From assembly GCA_037189525.1 (NCBI GenBank), contig JBBCJC010000005.1:960001-1024000 (forward strand): a stretch of DNA of 64,000 nt. Direction: 5' to 3'. This DNA is from Gemmatimonadales bacterium. Lineage in GTDB: Bacteria; Gemmatimonadota; Gemmatimonadetes; Gemmatimonadales; GWC2-71-9. The notes under the pieces were generated by a model. The model did no database searches and was not told the origin of the DNA. It saw nothing but the letters and a program-made list of their open reading frames with translations. How positions within the stretch are numbered: the stretch's first letter is position 1; each line of letters starts with the position of its first letter. Shown in pieces: positions 1-10,957 of the stretch. A program made the translations under genes and the position numbers.

Positions 1-77
1 ACCTCGACACTCCCGCCGTCCGGATGCTGCACGACGACGATACGCCGCTGCCGCCGGCCGGACGACCGATCGAGCAT
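1..77 (-). CDS. Possible N-terminus of a gene running off the left edge (MLDRSSGRRQRRIVVVQHPDGGSVE...)
   Basis: ATG at 77 overlaps the TGA of the upstream SRPBCC gene (TGATG coupling) and the frame is open to the edge. Too short to assign. Confidence 0.3.
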   Translation of the reverse strand, partial: MLDRSSGRRQRRIVVVQHPDGGSVE

Positions 78-589
78 CACGGTGAAAACGAGGCCTTGAG
101 GTCCGCGAGATAGGCCTTCACCGTCGCCTCATGGCCGATCACGTACCTGCTGATCGTTCTGAAGAGCGGCGCGCGCACGACCCCCTCCTCCCGGATCCGG
201 ATTTCGGTATCATCACCGTTCACCGGTTCGAGTTCGATCAGCCAGCGCCCGCCGAACGGCAGACTCTGATCGACGATCACCGATTCGAAGCGACCCGGCG
301 CGCGCTGGTAGAGGGCAAGCGCCATCTCCTCTCCCCCGCTCCGCTCCCGATACCGCACCGCTTCGTCGCTACTCTGCTCCAGCACCACACCGTCGACACC
401 GGAGCGCCATGTGGCATAGGCCGCGACATCACGGATTCGCGCCGCCACCTGCTCCACCGAGGCCGCAATCACCTCCCGCCCCTCCGCGACGTGCTGCTCG
501 GGCAGTGTGCGCCCGATTGCATACGCCATGACAAGCGCTAGAAACACAGCAGTGATGACGCCGATCAGGCTTCGTACCAGCAGCTTCAT
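77..589 (-). CDS. SRPBCC/polyketide cyclase-like (START-fold) protein with N-terminal membrane anchor
   Basis: Hydrophobic N-terminus, then 'I.A..E.V...I.D...Y..WR' and 'FGGRWLIELEP...TEIRIREEG'. GAGGAG SD precedes ATG 589. Confidence 0.7.
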   Translation of the reverse strand: MKLLVRSLIGVITAVFLALVMAYAIGRTLPEQHVAEGREVIAASVEQVAARIRDVAAYATWRSGVDGVVLEQSSDEAVRYRERSGGEEMALALYQRAPGRFESVIVDQSLPFGGRWLIELEPVNGDDTEIRIREEGVVRAPLFRTISRYVIGHEATVKAYLADLKASFSP

Positions 590-718
590 GGTCCCATCTC
601 CTCGATTCGACGAATCCTTCCACCGCACTCCTGCCGTGGAAGGTAGCGCTCCCCGGACTTACCGTCGCGACGCAACCGGCATCGGCCGTGCCCCGTATCT
701 GAGTCGAAACTAAATACA

Positions 719-757
719 TTGACAGCATCTATTTTTACATGTATCATATACATGTAA
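719..757 (+). promoter_or_regulatory. Sigma70 promoter of the TA operon with an overlapping palindromic operator
   Basis: TTGACA (719-724), 17 bp, TATCAT (742-747). Perfect inverted repeat TTACATGTAT-CAT-ATACATGTAA (735-757) covers the -10. Confidence 0.85.
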
Positions 758-771
758 GAAGGGAGGGAGCT

Positions 772-1071
772 ATGTCGGATACTCGTGACATCAAAAAGGT
801 ACGGGAGCCCGTGCAGGTCTATCTCGATCCGCCGGACGTGGCGCTGCTCGAGGATCTCCTCACTGCAACCGGTCTCTCGAAGGCAGAGCTCCTCCGGCGC
901 GGGCTGCGCCGGCTGTCGGCCGAGACGTTGGGAGCACAGGCGCCCGGCTGGTCGCTGGAGCGGTTGATCGGCGCCGTTGACGATCCGAAGGGACCGACCG
1001 ACACCGCGGCCCGCCACGACGACTACCTCTACGGAGAGCCCAAGCGTGGCCGCCGACCGCGTCTTCGCTGA
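772..1071 (+). CDS. Ribbon-helix-helix (CopG-like) antitoxin, VapB-type
   Basis: 'PVQVYLD...LSKAELLRRGL' RHH pattern and C-terminal 'HDDYLYG'. GGAGGGAG SD. Overlaps the PIN gene. Confidence 0.8.
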   Translation: MSDTRDIKKVREPVQVYLDPPDVALLEDLLTATGLSKAELLRRGLRRLSAETLGAQAPGWSLERLIGAVDDPKGPTDTAARHDDYLYGEPKRGRRPRLR

Positions 1072-1462
1072 TACGAGCGGCCTGTTGGCCCTGGCGCATC
1101 GGCAGGACCAGTATCACACCCGTGCCGTCCTGTTCGCGCGCAAGTTCGTGCAGGGCGGCGGGCGGTTCGTGGTCACACCGCTCATCCTGGCGGAGCTGCA
1201 GGGACTCTTGCTCTACCGGCGTGGCAGTGACACGGCCCGCAGCGTGATCGAAGGGATCTTGGGCGACCCGCTCTACAACTGTCTCCCGGTCGACACCGAA
1301 CTCGTTACGGCAGCGGCGGGCGCCTGGCTCGGTAAGTTCCGCGACCAGGCGCTCACGCTCTGCGACGGTGTCAGCTTCGAGATAATGCGCCGCGAGCGGA
1401 TCAAGTCAGCCTTCGGCTACGATCGCCACTTTGCCGATGCCGGTTTCCGCCTGGCCGGCTGA
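1046..1462 (+). CDS. vapC: PIN-domain toxin, VapC family
   Basis: 'VFADTSGLLAL', 'ILAEL', 'LTLCDGVSF', 'AFGYDRHF..AGF' PIN motifs. GTG start after GGAGAG. Confidence 0.9.
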   Translation: MAADRVFADTSGLLALAHRQDQYHTRAVLFARKFVQGGGRFVVTPLILAELQGLLLYRRGSDTARSVIEGILGDPLYNCLPVDTELVTAAAGAWLGKFRDQALTLCDGVSFEIMRRERIKSAFGYDRHFADAGFRLAG

Positions 1463-1559
1463 CGCGCTCCATCGTCGGGCCGGACTTCCTTGGTTTCGGG
1501 GGCGCTCCGGACGCCACCACTTCCACGCCGGGCCGCCGATCCCACAATCCGCCGTCGGA

Positions 1560-2732
1560 TCAGGCCGGTGCGGTCGGTGGTGCCGGTGACTTGCGGACCG
1601 CGAGGACCAGAAGCCCCAGCGCGCAGTAGACGGCCATGACGAGGAAGCCTGCCCCGTACTGGCCGGTCCGGTCGACGGCCAAACCTACCAGTGGCTGCGC
1701 AAAGAAGCCGATGCTGTAGAGCATCTGATACAGGCCGTACACCTGCCCGACTTTTTCCTGCGGATACAGAAACCCAGGCAGCGCAAAGAACGCCGGCATG
1801 CCAAGCGCGAGCGAGATACCCAGCGCACCTGCCGCAAGACGGGGCGACAAACCCGGCACGAAGAAAAGCGCCATCGCTGCCAGACCAAACGCCGTTGCCG
1901 CCACCACGAATCCGGCCGCATTGCCGCCTTGGAGGCGCGAAGCCAGGATCGGCTTCAGCACCAGCGACACCAGCGCATAGGATCCGATGATCGCGGACGC
2001 CACGGCGAGCTCGTATCCCCACTCGACCAGCGCATCCGGGCCAAAGGTCATCACGGCTTCCGTGCCGATGCTGTAGCCGAAGTACGCAATCGCGAGGAAC
2101 CAGGCGCCACGACCGAGCGAGAACGGGTCGAATCGTGCCGGCGTCGCCGGCGCCGAGTCGGTCAAAACGGCCTTGGGATTGGACATCAACGGGACCAGGA
2201 AGGCGGCCGCCACCGAAACGGCAGCCAGTAGCTGCACGGCCGGACGCCAACCCTGCGCACCGCCGATCGACCCGAGCAGATTGAGACTCAAGTACACGCC
2301 TGCGGTGAACGCCATGGTATAGATGCCCATGACGAAGCCCAGTTCCCGACGCCCCGCAAACCAGAGCGCCAGATACTTGGGCGCGCCGATCATGTGCGCG
2401 TTCATGCCCACCGAGAAGAGCAGCCGTCCGGCGCAGAGCACCCAGTAGCTGGGTGCAACGGCCATGATGGCCGTCCCCGCCGCGATCAGGACCCAGCAGG
2501 CTGTCAGACCGCGCCGAATCGGATAACGATCGAAGATCCACCCGGCAGGCAGCGAGATCAGGATCCCGGGCAGGTACCAGAGTCCCGACAACAGGCCGCC
2601 CTGCGCCCGCGATATTCCGAAGTCTTGAATCCAGAGGCTGAGCAACGGAAAGACCGCCGCGAACCCCATCATGCCGACCGTGGTGGTCAGGAGCGTCAAA
2701 CCGAGTGCGACCCACCGATTCTGCCCGATCAC
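1560..2732 (-). CDS. MFS transporter
   Basis: About 12 hydrophobic segments. MFS motif A-like 'GWIFDRYPIRR' and 'GRLLFSVG'. Confidence 0.85.
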   Translation of the reverse strand: MIGQNRWVALGLTLLTTTVGMMGFAAVFPLLSLWIQDFGISRAQGGLLSGLWYLPGILISLPAGWIFDRYPIRRGLTACWVLIAAGTAIMAVAPSYWVLCAGRLLFSVGMNAHMIGAPKYLALWFAGRRELGFVMGIYTMAFTAGVYLSLNLLGSIGGAQGWRPAVQLLAAVSVAAAFLVPLMSNPKAVLTDSAPATPARFDPFSLGRGAWFLAIAYFGYSIGTEAVMTFGPDALVEWGYELAVASAIIGSYALVSLVLKPILASRLQGGNAAGFVVAATAFGLAAMALFFVPGLSPRLAAGALGISLALGMPAFFALPGFLYPQEKVGQVYGLYQMLYSIGFFAQPLVGLAVDRTGQYGAGFLVMAVYCALGLLVLAVRKSPAPPTAPA

Positions 2733-2739
2733 ACCGACC

Positions 2740-3354
2740 TCATTTCGAAGAGAGCCGAGCCCGACCGCGACGAGTCAGGTAGGGCCGAAGGAGAGTGCAG
2801 AGATCCTGCCTGACCAGCCGGCGGAGCGACCCGACTGGCGCGTATGCCCAGGCGGTGTACGTCCCGACCCAGGTAATCCAGACGACCCGCGCCAGGGCCG
2901 CGCGGTCCAGATCCGGAGCCATCCAGCGGCCGGCCACCGCAAGGTCGATGATCGCGTGAATCCGGTCGATCGCCAGCATTTCGCGCGCCTTGGCACTTCT
3001 GGCTCCCCCCGGCACCAGGAGATGCCCGGGGTCATAGAGATAGGTGTTCGAGAGACGGTAGAGGCGCGCCGCGTTCCTCTCCGCAACCCGCGCCAACCGG
3101 TCGATCAGAGCGCCGATCGGATCACGTTCGAGATCGAGGTCATCGATGATCGCGTCGAGCATCCGCCGATCGGCACGGTCCTCGACGAGGGCGAGCAACT
3201 GCCCGCGCGATCCGAATCGTTGAATCAGACGGGCCGCCGTCAGCCCGACCTCGGCGCCGATCTCGGCCAGCGTGACATGGCGGCCCCGCCGCCGGACGAT
3301 GCGGATCGCCTGGGCAAGGATCTCGTCATCCGTTTTGGCGGCGCGGCGGCTCAT
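2740..3354 (-). CDS. TetR/AcrR family transcriptional regulator
   Basis: N-terminal HTH 'VTLAEIGAEVGLTAARLIQRFGSRGQLL'. Confidence 0.85.
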   Translation of the reverse strand: MSRRAAKTDDEILAQAIRIVRRRGRHVTLAEIGAEVGLTAARLIQRFGSRGQLLALVEDRADRRMLDAIIDDLDLERDPIGALIDRLARVAERNAARLYRLSNTYLYDPGHLLVPGGARSAKAREMLAIDRIHAIIDLAVAGRWMAPDLDRAALARVVWITWVGTYTAWAYAPVGSLRRLVRQDLCTLLRPYLTRRGRARLSSK

Positions 3355-3409
3355 GGTAACCTGCCCGAATCTGTCCGAGGTTGCTTGCCCATGGACGGGC
3401 GACCGTTAC

Positions 3410-3424
3410 CTTAATTCGATTAAG
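3410..3424. promoter_or_regulatory. AT-rich inverted repeat, candidate TetR operator between divergent genes
   Basis: CTTAAT-TCG-ATTAAG in the intergenic region between tetR and the MDR gene. Confidence 0.4.
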
Positions 3425-3473
3425 TATATGCCGGCAGGACGGCCGGCCTCAACTTCCTGTGACGAGGCACTGC

Positions 3474-4484
3474 ATGCGGGCTGTCGTTACCGTAGCGCAC
3501 GGCGGGCGAGATCAGCTCGTCTATCGCACCGACTATCCCGATCCGACCCCCGGACCGAACGAGGTGGTGGTGAGCGTCGCGGCCACCGCCATCAACTATC
3601 ACGACATCTTTACCCGCCGCGGCATGCCCGGGATTCGAATCCCTCTGCCGGTCATCGTCGGGTCGGACATCGCCGGCACCGTAGCGTCGGTCGGCCAGGA
3701 CGTGACTCGTTGGACGCCGGGCGACCGGGTCGTGATCGATCCCGTCTATCGCGAGGGCGATCGGTTCGGCATGATCGGCGAAGTAGCCGACGGCGGACGG
3801 GCAGAACGCGTCTGTGTCCCGGAACGACAACTGATCCGGGTCCCCGACGCCGTCTCGCTCGAAGACGCCGCCTCGCTGCCGCTCGCCTACGCCACCGCGC
3901 ATCGGATGCTGGTAACGCGCGGTCGAATCCAGGCTGGTGAACGGGTCCTGATCCTGGGCGCCAGCGGCGGTGTCGGCGTGGCCTGTGTCCAGCTGGCCAA
4001 ATTGTTGGGCGCGGAGGTCGTCGCCTGCGCAAGCTCCGCAAGCAAGATCGCCCGGCTCGAAGCCCTGGGCGCCGACCACTGCATCAACTATCTGGAGACG
4101 CGCTTCCTCGACGGCATCCGGGAGCGGTACGGCAAACCACGGATCACCGGTGAGGGAGGAGTCGACGTCGCCGTCAACTTCACCGGCGGCGACACCTGGA
4201 CCGACACCCAGAAATGCGTCCGGGTCGGCGGGCGCATCCTGACCTGCGGCGCGACCGCGGGCTTCGACCTCCGCACCGATGCCCGCTACCTGTGGACATT
4301 CGAACATCAGATGATCGGCTCGAACGGGTGGACCCCGGATGACATCATCCGGTTGATGGGCATGATTGCGGCCGGCGAATTGTCTCCGGTCATCGATGCA
4401 CGGCTACCGCTCGAACAGACGGCCGACGGAGAGCGCCTGTTGGAAGACCGCGAAGTCTTCGGCAAGGTGCTGATCATTCCATGA
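3474..4484 (+). CDS. MDR-superfamily NAD(P)H-dependent oxidoreductase (quinone/enoyl reductase-like, zinc-free)
   Basis: 'AINYHDIFTRRG', 'GSDIAGTV', 'VLILGASGGVG', 'FGKVLI'. No catalytic or structural Zn Cys cluster. Confidence 0.85.
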   Translation: MRAVVTVAHGGRDQLVYRTDYPDPTPGPNEVVVSVAATAINYHDIFTRRGMPGIRIPLPVIVGSDIAGTVASVGQDVTRWTPGDRVVIDPVYREGDRFGMIGEVADGGRAERVCVPERQLIRVPDAVSLEDAASLPLAYATAHRMLVTRGRIQAGERVLILGASGGVGVACVQLAKLLGAEVVACASSASKIARLEALGADHCINYLETRFLDGIRERYGKPRITGEGGVDVAVNFTGGDTWTDTQKCVRVGGRILTCGATAGFDLRTDARYLWTFEHQMIGSNGWTPDDIIRLMGMIAAGELSPVIDARLPLEQTADGERLLEDREVFGKVLIIP

Positions 4485-5992
4485 TCGACCACGTCAATCT
4501 GGGAGACGTGACCTCCAACGAAGCGCCGGACCATCCGGCGTTCATCGACCTCCGCGCTCCCGACACGCCTGCCACCTGGTCCACCGCCAAGCTCGACGCC
4601 ACCGCGGATGCCGTCGCGCGCGGGCTGGTTCGGCGCGGCCACACGCCGGGATCGCGCGTCGCCATCCTGGCCGAGAACCGGGTCGAGTTTTTGGCAACGT
4701 ACTTCGGCATTCTCCGGGCCGGGATGGTCGCCGTCCCGATCAATTTCAAGCTGCCGGCCGAGACCATCGCTTTCATCTTTTCCGATGCAGACGTTGCGGC
4801 GGTGATTGCGGACCGGGAACGGGCGCGGCTGATTCCCGACGGAGTGCCGACCATCGAGCTCGATGACCCCGGCCCGCACGGCTATCAGCAGTTCCTCGAC
4901 CCCGGTCCGTGGAACACGGTCCGGCCGGGGCCGCGCGACCTGGCCAAGATTCTCTACACCTCCGGATCGACCGGCCGCCCCAAGGGCGTACCACTCCTGC
5001 ACGACGGCCAGTTGTGGGCCCTCCGGAAGTATTTCACCGGCTACGAAGCTGGCCGGCGTGACGTCACGCTGGTGGTGGCGCCGACCTATCACAAGAACGG
5101 CCTGTTCTTTTCCACGGTGGCGGTTTCGAACCAGATGACCATCGTGTCGCTGCCCCGCTTCGAGGCGCGGCAGTATCTGGAGGCGGTTGCTGCGTACGGT
5201 TGCACCGTCCTGTCCGGCATCCCCACGATGTTCGCGCTGATTGCCCGGGAGCGCGACCTGCTCGCGCGTCTCGACCTCCGGCACGTCCGCCAGGTGTTGA
5301 TCGGCTCCGCCCCGCTCACCGATGCGCTGCTGGCGCAGGTCCAGTCGATCTTTCCGAATGCCATTATCGGCAACAGCTACGGAACGACCGAGGCAGGACC
5401 CTGCCCGTTTGGTCCGCATCCGGCCGGCCTGGCCCGGCCCCCGCTTTCGCTCGGCCATCCGTGGCCCGACGTGGAGTGGCGTCTGGCCGGCGGGGGGTCG
5501 CCCGACGAAGGGGTGTTCGAACTGCGCAGCCCGGCGCTAATGCCGGGCTATCTCAACCTCGACCGCGTGACGGCCGAGCGAGTCCGGGACGGCTGGTACA
5601 CCACCGGCGATCTGATGCGCCGCGACCAGGACGGATTCTTCTACTTCGTCGGCCGGGCGGACGACATGTTCGTCTGCGGCGGCGAGAACATTTATCCAGG
5701 CGAAGTCGAAAAACTGCTCGAGCGCCATCCCGATATTGCCCAGGCCGCCGTCGTTCCGGTAACCGACGAGATCAAAGGCCAGATCCCGGTCGCATTCGTC
5801 GTCGCCACGCCGGGACATACCGTGTCGGAAGACGACATCAAACGCTACGCGCTGGAGCATGGCCCGGCGTACGCGCATCCGCGTGCCGTCGTCCCGGTGG
5901 CGGAAATCCCGGTGGCCGGCACCCACAAAGTCGACCGCCGGCGCCTGGTCGACGAGGCGACTCGGCTGATGCGAGGGCGCGGCCGGCTGTAG
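4481..5992 (+). CDS. Class I adenylate-forming enzyme (acyl-CoA synthetase-like)
   Basis: 'YTSGSTGRPKG', 'SYGTTE', 'TGDL', 'GRADDM', 'GGENIYPGEVE'. ATGA overlap with the MDR gene. Confidence 0.9.
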   Translation: MIDHVNLGDVTSNEAPDHPAFIDLRAPDTPATWSTAKLDATADAVARGLVRRGHTPGSRVAILAENRVEFLATYFGILRAGMVAVPINFKLPAETIAFIFSDADVAAVIADRERARLIPDGVPTIELDDPGPHGYQQFLDPGPWNTVRPGPRDLAKILYTSGSTGRPKGVPLLHDGQLWALRKYFTGYEAGRRDVTLVVAPTYHKNGLFFSTVAVSNQMTIVSLPRFEARQYLEAVAAYGCTVLSGIPTMFALIARERDLLARLDLRHVRQVLIGSAPLTDALLAQVQSIFPNAIIGNSYGTTEAGPCPFGPHPAGLARPPLSLGHPWPDVEWRLAGGGSPDEGVFELRSPALMPGYLNLDRVTAERVRDGWYTTGDLMRRDQDGFFYFVGRADDMFVCGGENIYPGEVEKLLERHPDIAQAAVVPVTDEIKGQIPVAFVVATPGHTVSEDDIKRYALEHGPAYAHPRAVVPVAEIPVAGTHKVDRRRLVDEATRLMRGRGRL

Positions 5993-6029
5993 TTGCGAAA
6001 ACGGGTGAGCCCACCCATGGTATTGCGGG

Positions 6030-6890
6030 ATGAATCCGGCCCGGACCGCGGGACTCACTGCGCTTGCCCTCACGGCGTTTGCCGCCAACTCGGTGCTCTG
6101 CCGCCTGGCGCTGGCCGAACCGGTCATCGACCCCGGCACGTTTACCGCCATCCGCCTCGCTGCCGGTGCGCTCACGCTCGGTGCGCTGGTTCGGCTCCGC
6201 GCCGAGCGTCCGACATCCGCACGACCGACATGGCGCCCTGCCGTCCTCCTGTTTCTCTACGCCGTTCCCTTCTCCTTCGCATATGTCAGCCTGAGCACCG
6301 GCACCGGCGCGCTCCTTCTCTTCGGCAGCGTACAGGTCACCATGATCGTGGCCAGCCTGCACCGCGAAGGACACCCGCGGCCGGGCCAGTGGTTGGGACT
6401 GCTCATCGCGTTCGGCGGACTCGTCTACCTGCTGCTACCCGGCGTAACCGCACCATCCCTGTCGGGCGCGGCCCTCATGATGATTGCCGGCATGGCGTGG
6501 GGGTTCTACTCGCTTGCCGGGCGCGGCTCGCCCGATCCGCTCGCGCAGACGGCGACCAACTTCGGCCGGACCATTCCGATGGCGGCAATCCTGTTGCTGC
6601 TGACCTGGAGCGGCGGAGGGATCGAAGGGCGAGGCGTGTTGCTGGCCGTCATCTCCGGGGCGTTGGCATCGGGGATCGGATACGTCCTCTGGTACCAGGC
6701 GCTCGGAGGGCTTTCCGGTATGACGGCAGCGATCGTCCAGCTGATCGTACCGGTCATTGCGGCCGCTGGAGGCACCGCCCTTCTCGGCGAGCCGGTCACC
6801 CTCCGGCTCGGCCTGGCGGGCGCACTCGTGTTGGGAGGTATCGGACTCGCGCTCCGAACCAGCCTCCGCCAGGCGCGCACGACTCGATAG
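6030..6890 (+). CDS. DMT/EamA family transporter
   Basis: About 10 TM segments in two repeats; 'FAANSVLCRLAL', 'LLGEPVT'. Confidence 0.85.
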   Translation: MNPARTAGLTALALTAFAANSVLCRLALAEPVIDPGTFTAIRLAAGALTLGALVRLRAERPTSARPTWRPAVLLFLYAVPFSFAYVSLSTGTGALLLFGSVQVTMIVASLHREGHPRPGQWLGLLIAFGGLVYLLLPGVTAPSLSGAALMMIAGMAWGFYSLAGRGSPDPLAQTATNFGRTIPMAAILLLLTWSGGGIEGRGVLLAVISGALASGIGYVLWYQALGGLSGMTAAIVQLIVPVIAAAGGTALLGEPVTLRLGLAGALVLGGIGLALRTSLRQARTTR

Positions 6891-6899
6891 CGCGGCCGA

Positions 6900-7244
6900 T
6901 CAGACCAACGGCACGTAGAAGTACGATTTCCGCTCCCAGATGGCGCCGTCCTTGAAGCGATAGCAGTCGGCAAAGGCGATGTCGACCGGAGTTCCATCCA
7001 GCTTGGCGCCGACGAAGCGGCCCCAGGACGCGCCGACATCGCCGTCGATCACCATGGCTTCGAATCGGTGCTCGCCGCGGATGGCTCGGACCCTCCGATA
7101 GAAGTCGAGCACGGCCTCGCGGCCTTCCAGCAGCGGAAAGCCGGGGCGATCGTACGTCATCTCGGGATGAAAGTAGGGCGGCAGCGCGTCCCAGTCCGTC
7201 GCGTCGATGGTCCGGAACATCGCTTCGAGATCACTTCGTGTCAT
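6900..7244 (-). CDS. SnoaL-like / NTF2-family protein
   Basis: 'FRTIDATDWDAL..YFHPEMTY..PG', 'FADCYRFKDGAI'. Confidence 0.8.
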   Translation of the reverse strand: MTRSDLEAMFRTIDATDWDALPPYFHPEMTYDRPGFPLLEGREAVLDFYRRVRAIRGEHRFEAMVIDGDVGASWGRFVGAKLDGTPVDIAFADCYRFKDGAIWERKSYFYVPLV

Positions 7245-7873
7245 TGTTTCCCCCGGATACTGCCGCGCTCAGAGGGCGGCAGCATTCCATACAGAACATG
7301 ATCGGCAAAGGCGTCGGCCAGTTCGGTCGGCGACAGCGTACCCGCTTCGGAGTACCACTGCGGCACCCAGTTGACAGCGCCAAGAATGAACAGCCTCGCA
7401 ACGCGAACGTCGAGGTCGGGCGAGAGCCGGCCGGAATCGATGGCCCGGCGAATCAGCCCGGTCCACAGCGCGTCGTAACGATCCCGCAGCCGCGTCATCC
7501 GTTCGCGCGCGCTGCCCTCCAGCTGCCGGGTTTCGTAGAGCAGTACGTAGGTTCCGTGATCGTTACCGACCAGCCTGATCACGTGCGCACGAAGCGCATG
7601 ACGGAGCGCCTCGATCGGATCGTCCGACTCCTCCATTGCCTCACGGAATCCGGACTCCATGATGGCGATACCGCGTTCCATCAACGCAAGCAGCACCGCT
7701 TCTTTGGTGCGAAACCGGTAGTGCAGGCTGCCCGGCCAGACTCCAGCGGCGTCGGCGATATCGCGAATCGTCGTGGCCGCGTAGCCTTTGAGACGAAAGA
7801 GCCGCCCCGCAGCATCGAGCACCGACGCCGCGAGATCCGACCCATCGCGTTGCACCGCTGGAACCTTGACCAT
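7241..7873 (-). CDS. TetR family regulator (KstR2/PaaR-like C-terminal domain)
   Basis: 'LFRLKGYAATTIRDIADAAGVWPGSLHYRFRTKE' and 'ILGAVNWVPQWY'. Start placed at ATG 7873. Confidence 0.85.
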   Translation of the reverse strand: MVKVPAVQRDGSDLAASVLDAAGRLFRLKGYAATTIRDIADAAGVWPGSLHYRFRTKEAVLLALMERGIAIMESGFREAMEESDDPIEALRHALRAHVIRLVGNDHGTYVLLYETRQLEGSARERMTRLRDRYDALWTGLIRRAIDSGRLSPDLDVRVARLFILGAVNWVPQWYSEAGTLSPTELADAFADHVLYGMLPPSERGSIRGKQ

Positions 7874-7879
7874 CCGGCC

Positions 7880-7908
7880 AATCTCGGGAGGCCTCGATAT
7901 CCTGTCAA
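7880..7908 (-). promoter_or_regulatory. Sigma70-like promoter for tetR, probably leaderless
   Basis: TTGACA (7908-7903), 17 bp, GAGATT (7885-7880), 6 nt, ATG 7873. Confidence 0.5.
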
Positions 7909-8016
7909 CACCAGCACGACGGGCCACTCGGAGACTCTGCGCCGGCAGCGAAAGAGCAGCCCCCTATTGACAGGGTAGCTGAACGTTAGATTGTTCGGTC
8001 ACAGGAGATCCCTCCC

Positions 8017-9875
<1,859 letters not shown>

Positions 9876-9879
<4 letters not shown>

Positions 9880-10880
9880 CCACGACACCACTGACGGTCA
9901 AGGACTACGCCTCCAACCAGGAAGTGCGCTGGTGCCCGGGATGCGGTGACTACGCCATCCTCAAAGCCGTCACCAAGACCCTGGCCGATCTGCAGCTCCC
10001 GCGCGAGCAGACCGTGTTCGTATCGGGCATCGGCTGCGCATCGCGCTTTCCGTACTACGTGTCCACCTATGGGTTTCATACCATCCACGGACGCGCCCCT
10101 GCCATCGCTACGGGCATCAAGCTCGCGAATCCGGCCCTCGATATCTGGGTGGTGATGGGTGACGGTGACAGCCTGTCGATCGGCGGCAACCACACGATGC
10201 ACGTGCTGCGCCGCAACGTCGACCTGACGTTGCTCCTCTTCAACAACGAGATCTACGGCCTGACCAAAGGACAGGCCTCGCCGACCTCCCGGCAGGGCAC
10301 GCGGTCGCCGTCGACACCGCGCGGCTCGATCGACACGCCGATTGCGCCGGGGGCGTTTGCCCTGGGCGCCGGCGCTCGTTTCTTTGCGCGCGGGGTCGAC
10401 GTTCAGCAAGCGCAGCTGGTCGATGCGATGACGCGCGCGCATGCGCACCGCGGCGCGGCGCTGGTCGAGATCTTCCAGAACTGTGTCGTCTTCAACGACG
10501 GCGTCTTCGACGAATTCACCGCTCGCCCCGTGGTCGACGACAATCAACTTTACGTTCGGCACGGCCAGCCGCTCCGTTTCGGCAAAGGCGGGGTGCGCGG
10601 CCTTCGGGTCCGGCCTGGGACACTCACGCTCGAAGTGGTCACGCCAGGTGAGGACGGGGTCACCGACGACGATATCCTGGTTCACGACGAGAAGGATCTG
10701 ACCCTGGCCCAGATGCTGGTCCAGCTCAAGCCCCCGGTGTTTCCGGTGGCCGTCGGGGTGATCTACGATCATCCGGCCCCGACCTACGAGGCGGAATTGA
10801 TGGCCGAAGTCGAACGTGAACTCGCGCACGGCCACGATTTCGCCGCGCTGCTCGCCAGCGGCCAGACGTGGGAGCGGTAG
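9876..10880 (+). CDS. korB: 2-oxoacid:ferredoxin oxidoreductase subunit beta
   Basis: 'WCPGCGD', 'SGIGC', 'HGRA', TPP-binding 'GDGD...NN', 'YGLTKGQASPT'. ATGA overlap. Confidence 0.93.
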
Positions 10881-10957
10881 GCACGGCTGGTACGCAGGAG
10901 GCGTTGCAGGTCCACGCGGTTCACGCTGGGCGTGGCCGCCCCATGACGGAGTACATC

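Noticed and set aside
7967..7998. TTGACA...TAGATT and GAAC-N8-GTTC upstream of korA (promoter or LexA-like box)
   Set aside because: The -35/-10 spacing is only 14 bp and the GAAC/GTTC spacer does not fit the N4 Gram-positive SOS box. It might be a TetR site but is unsupported.
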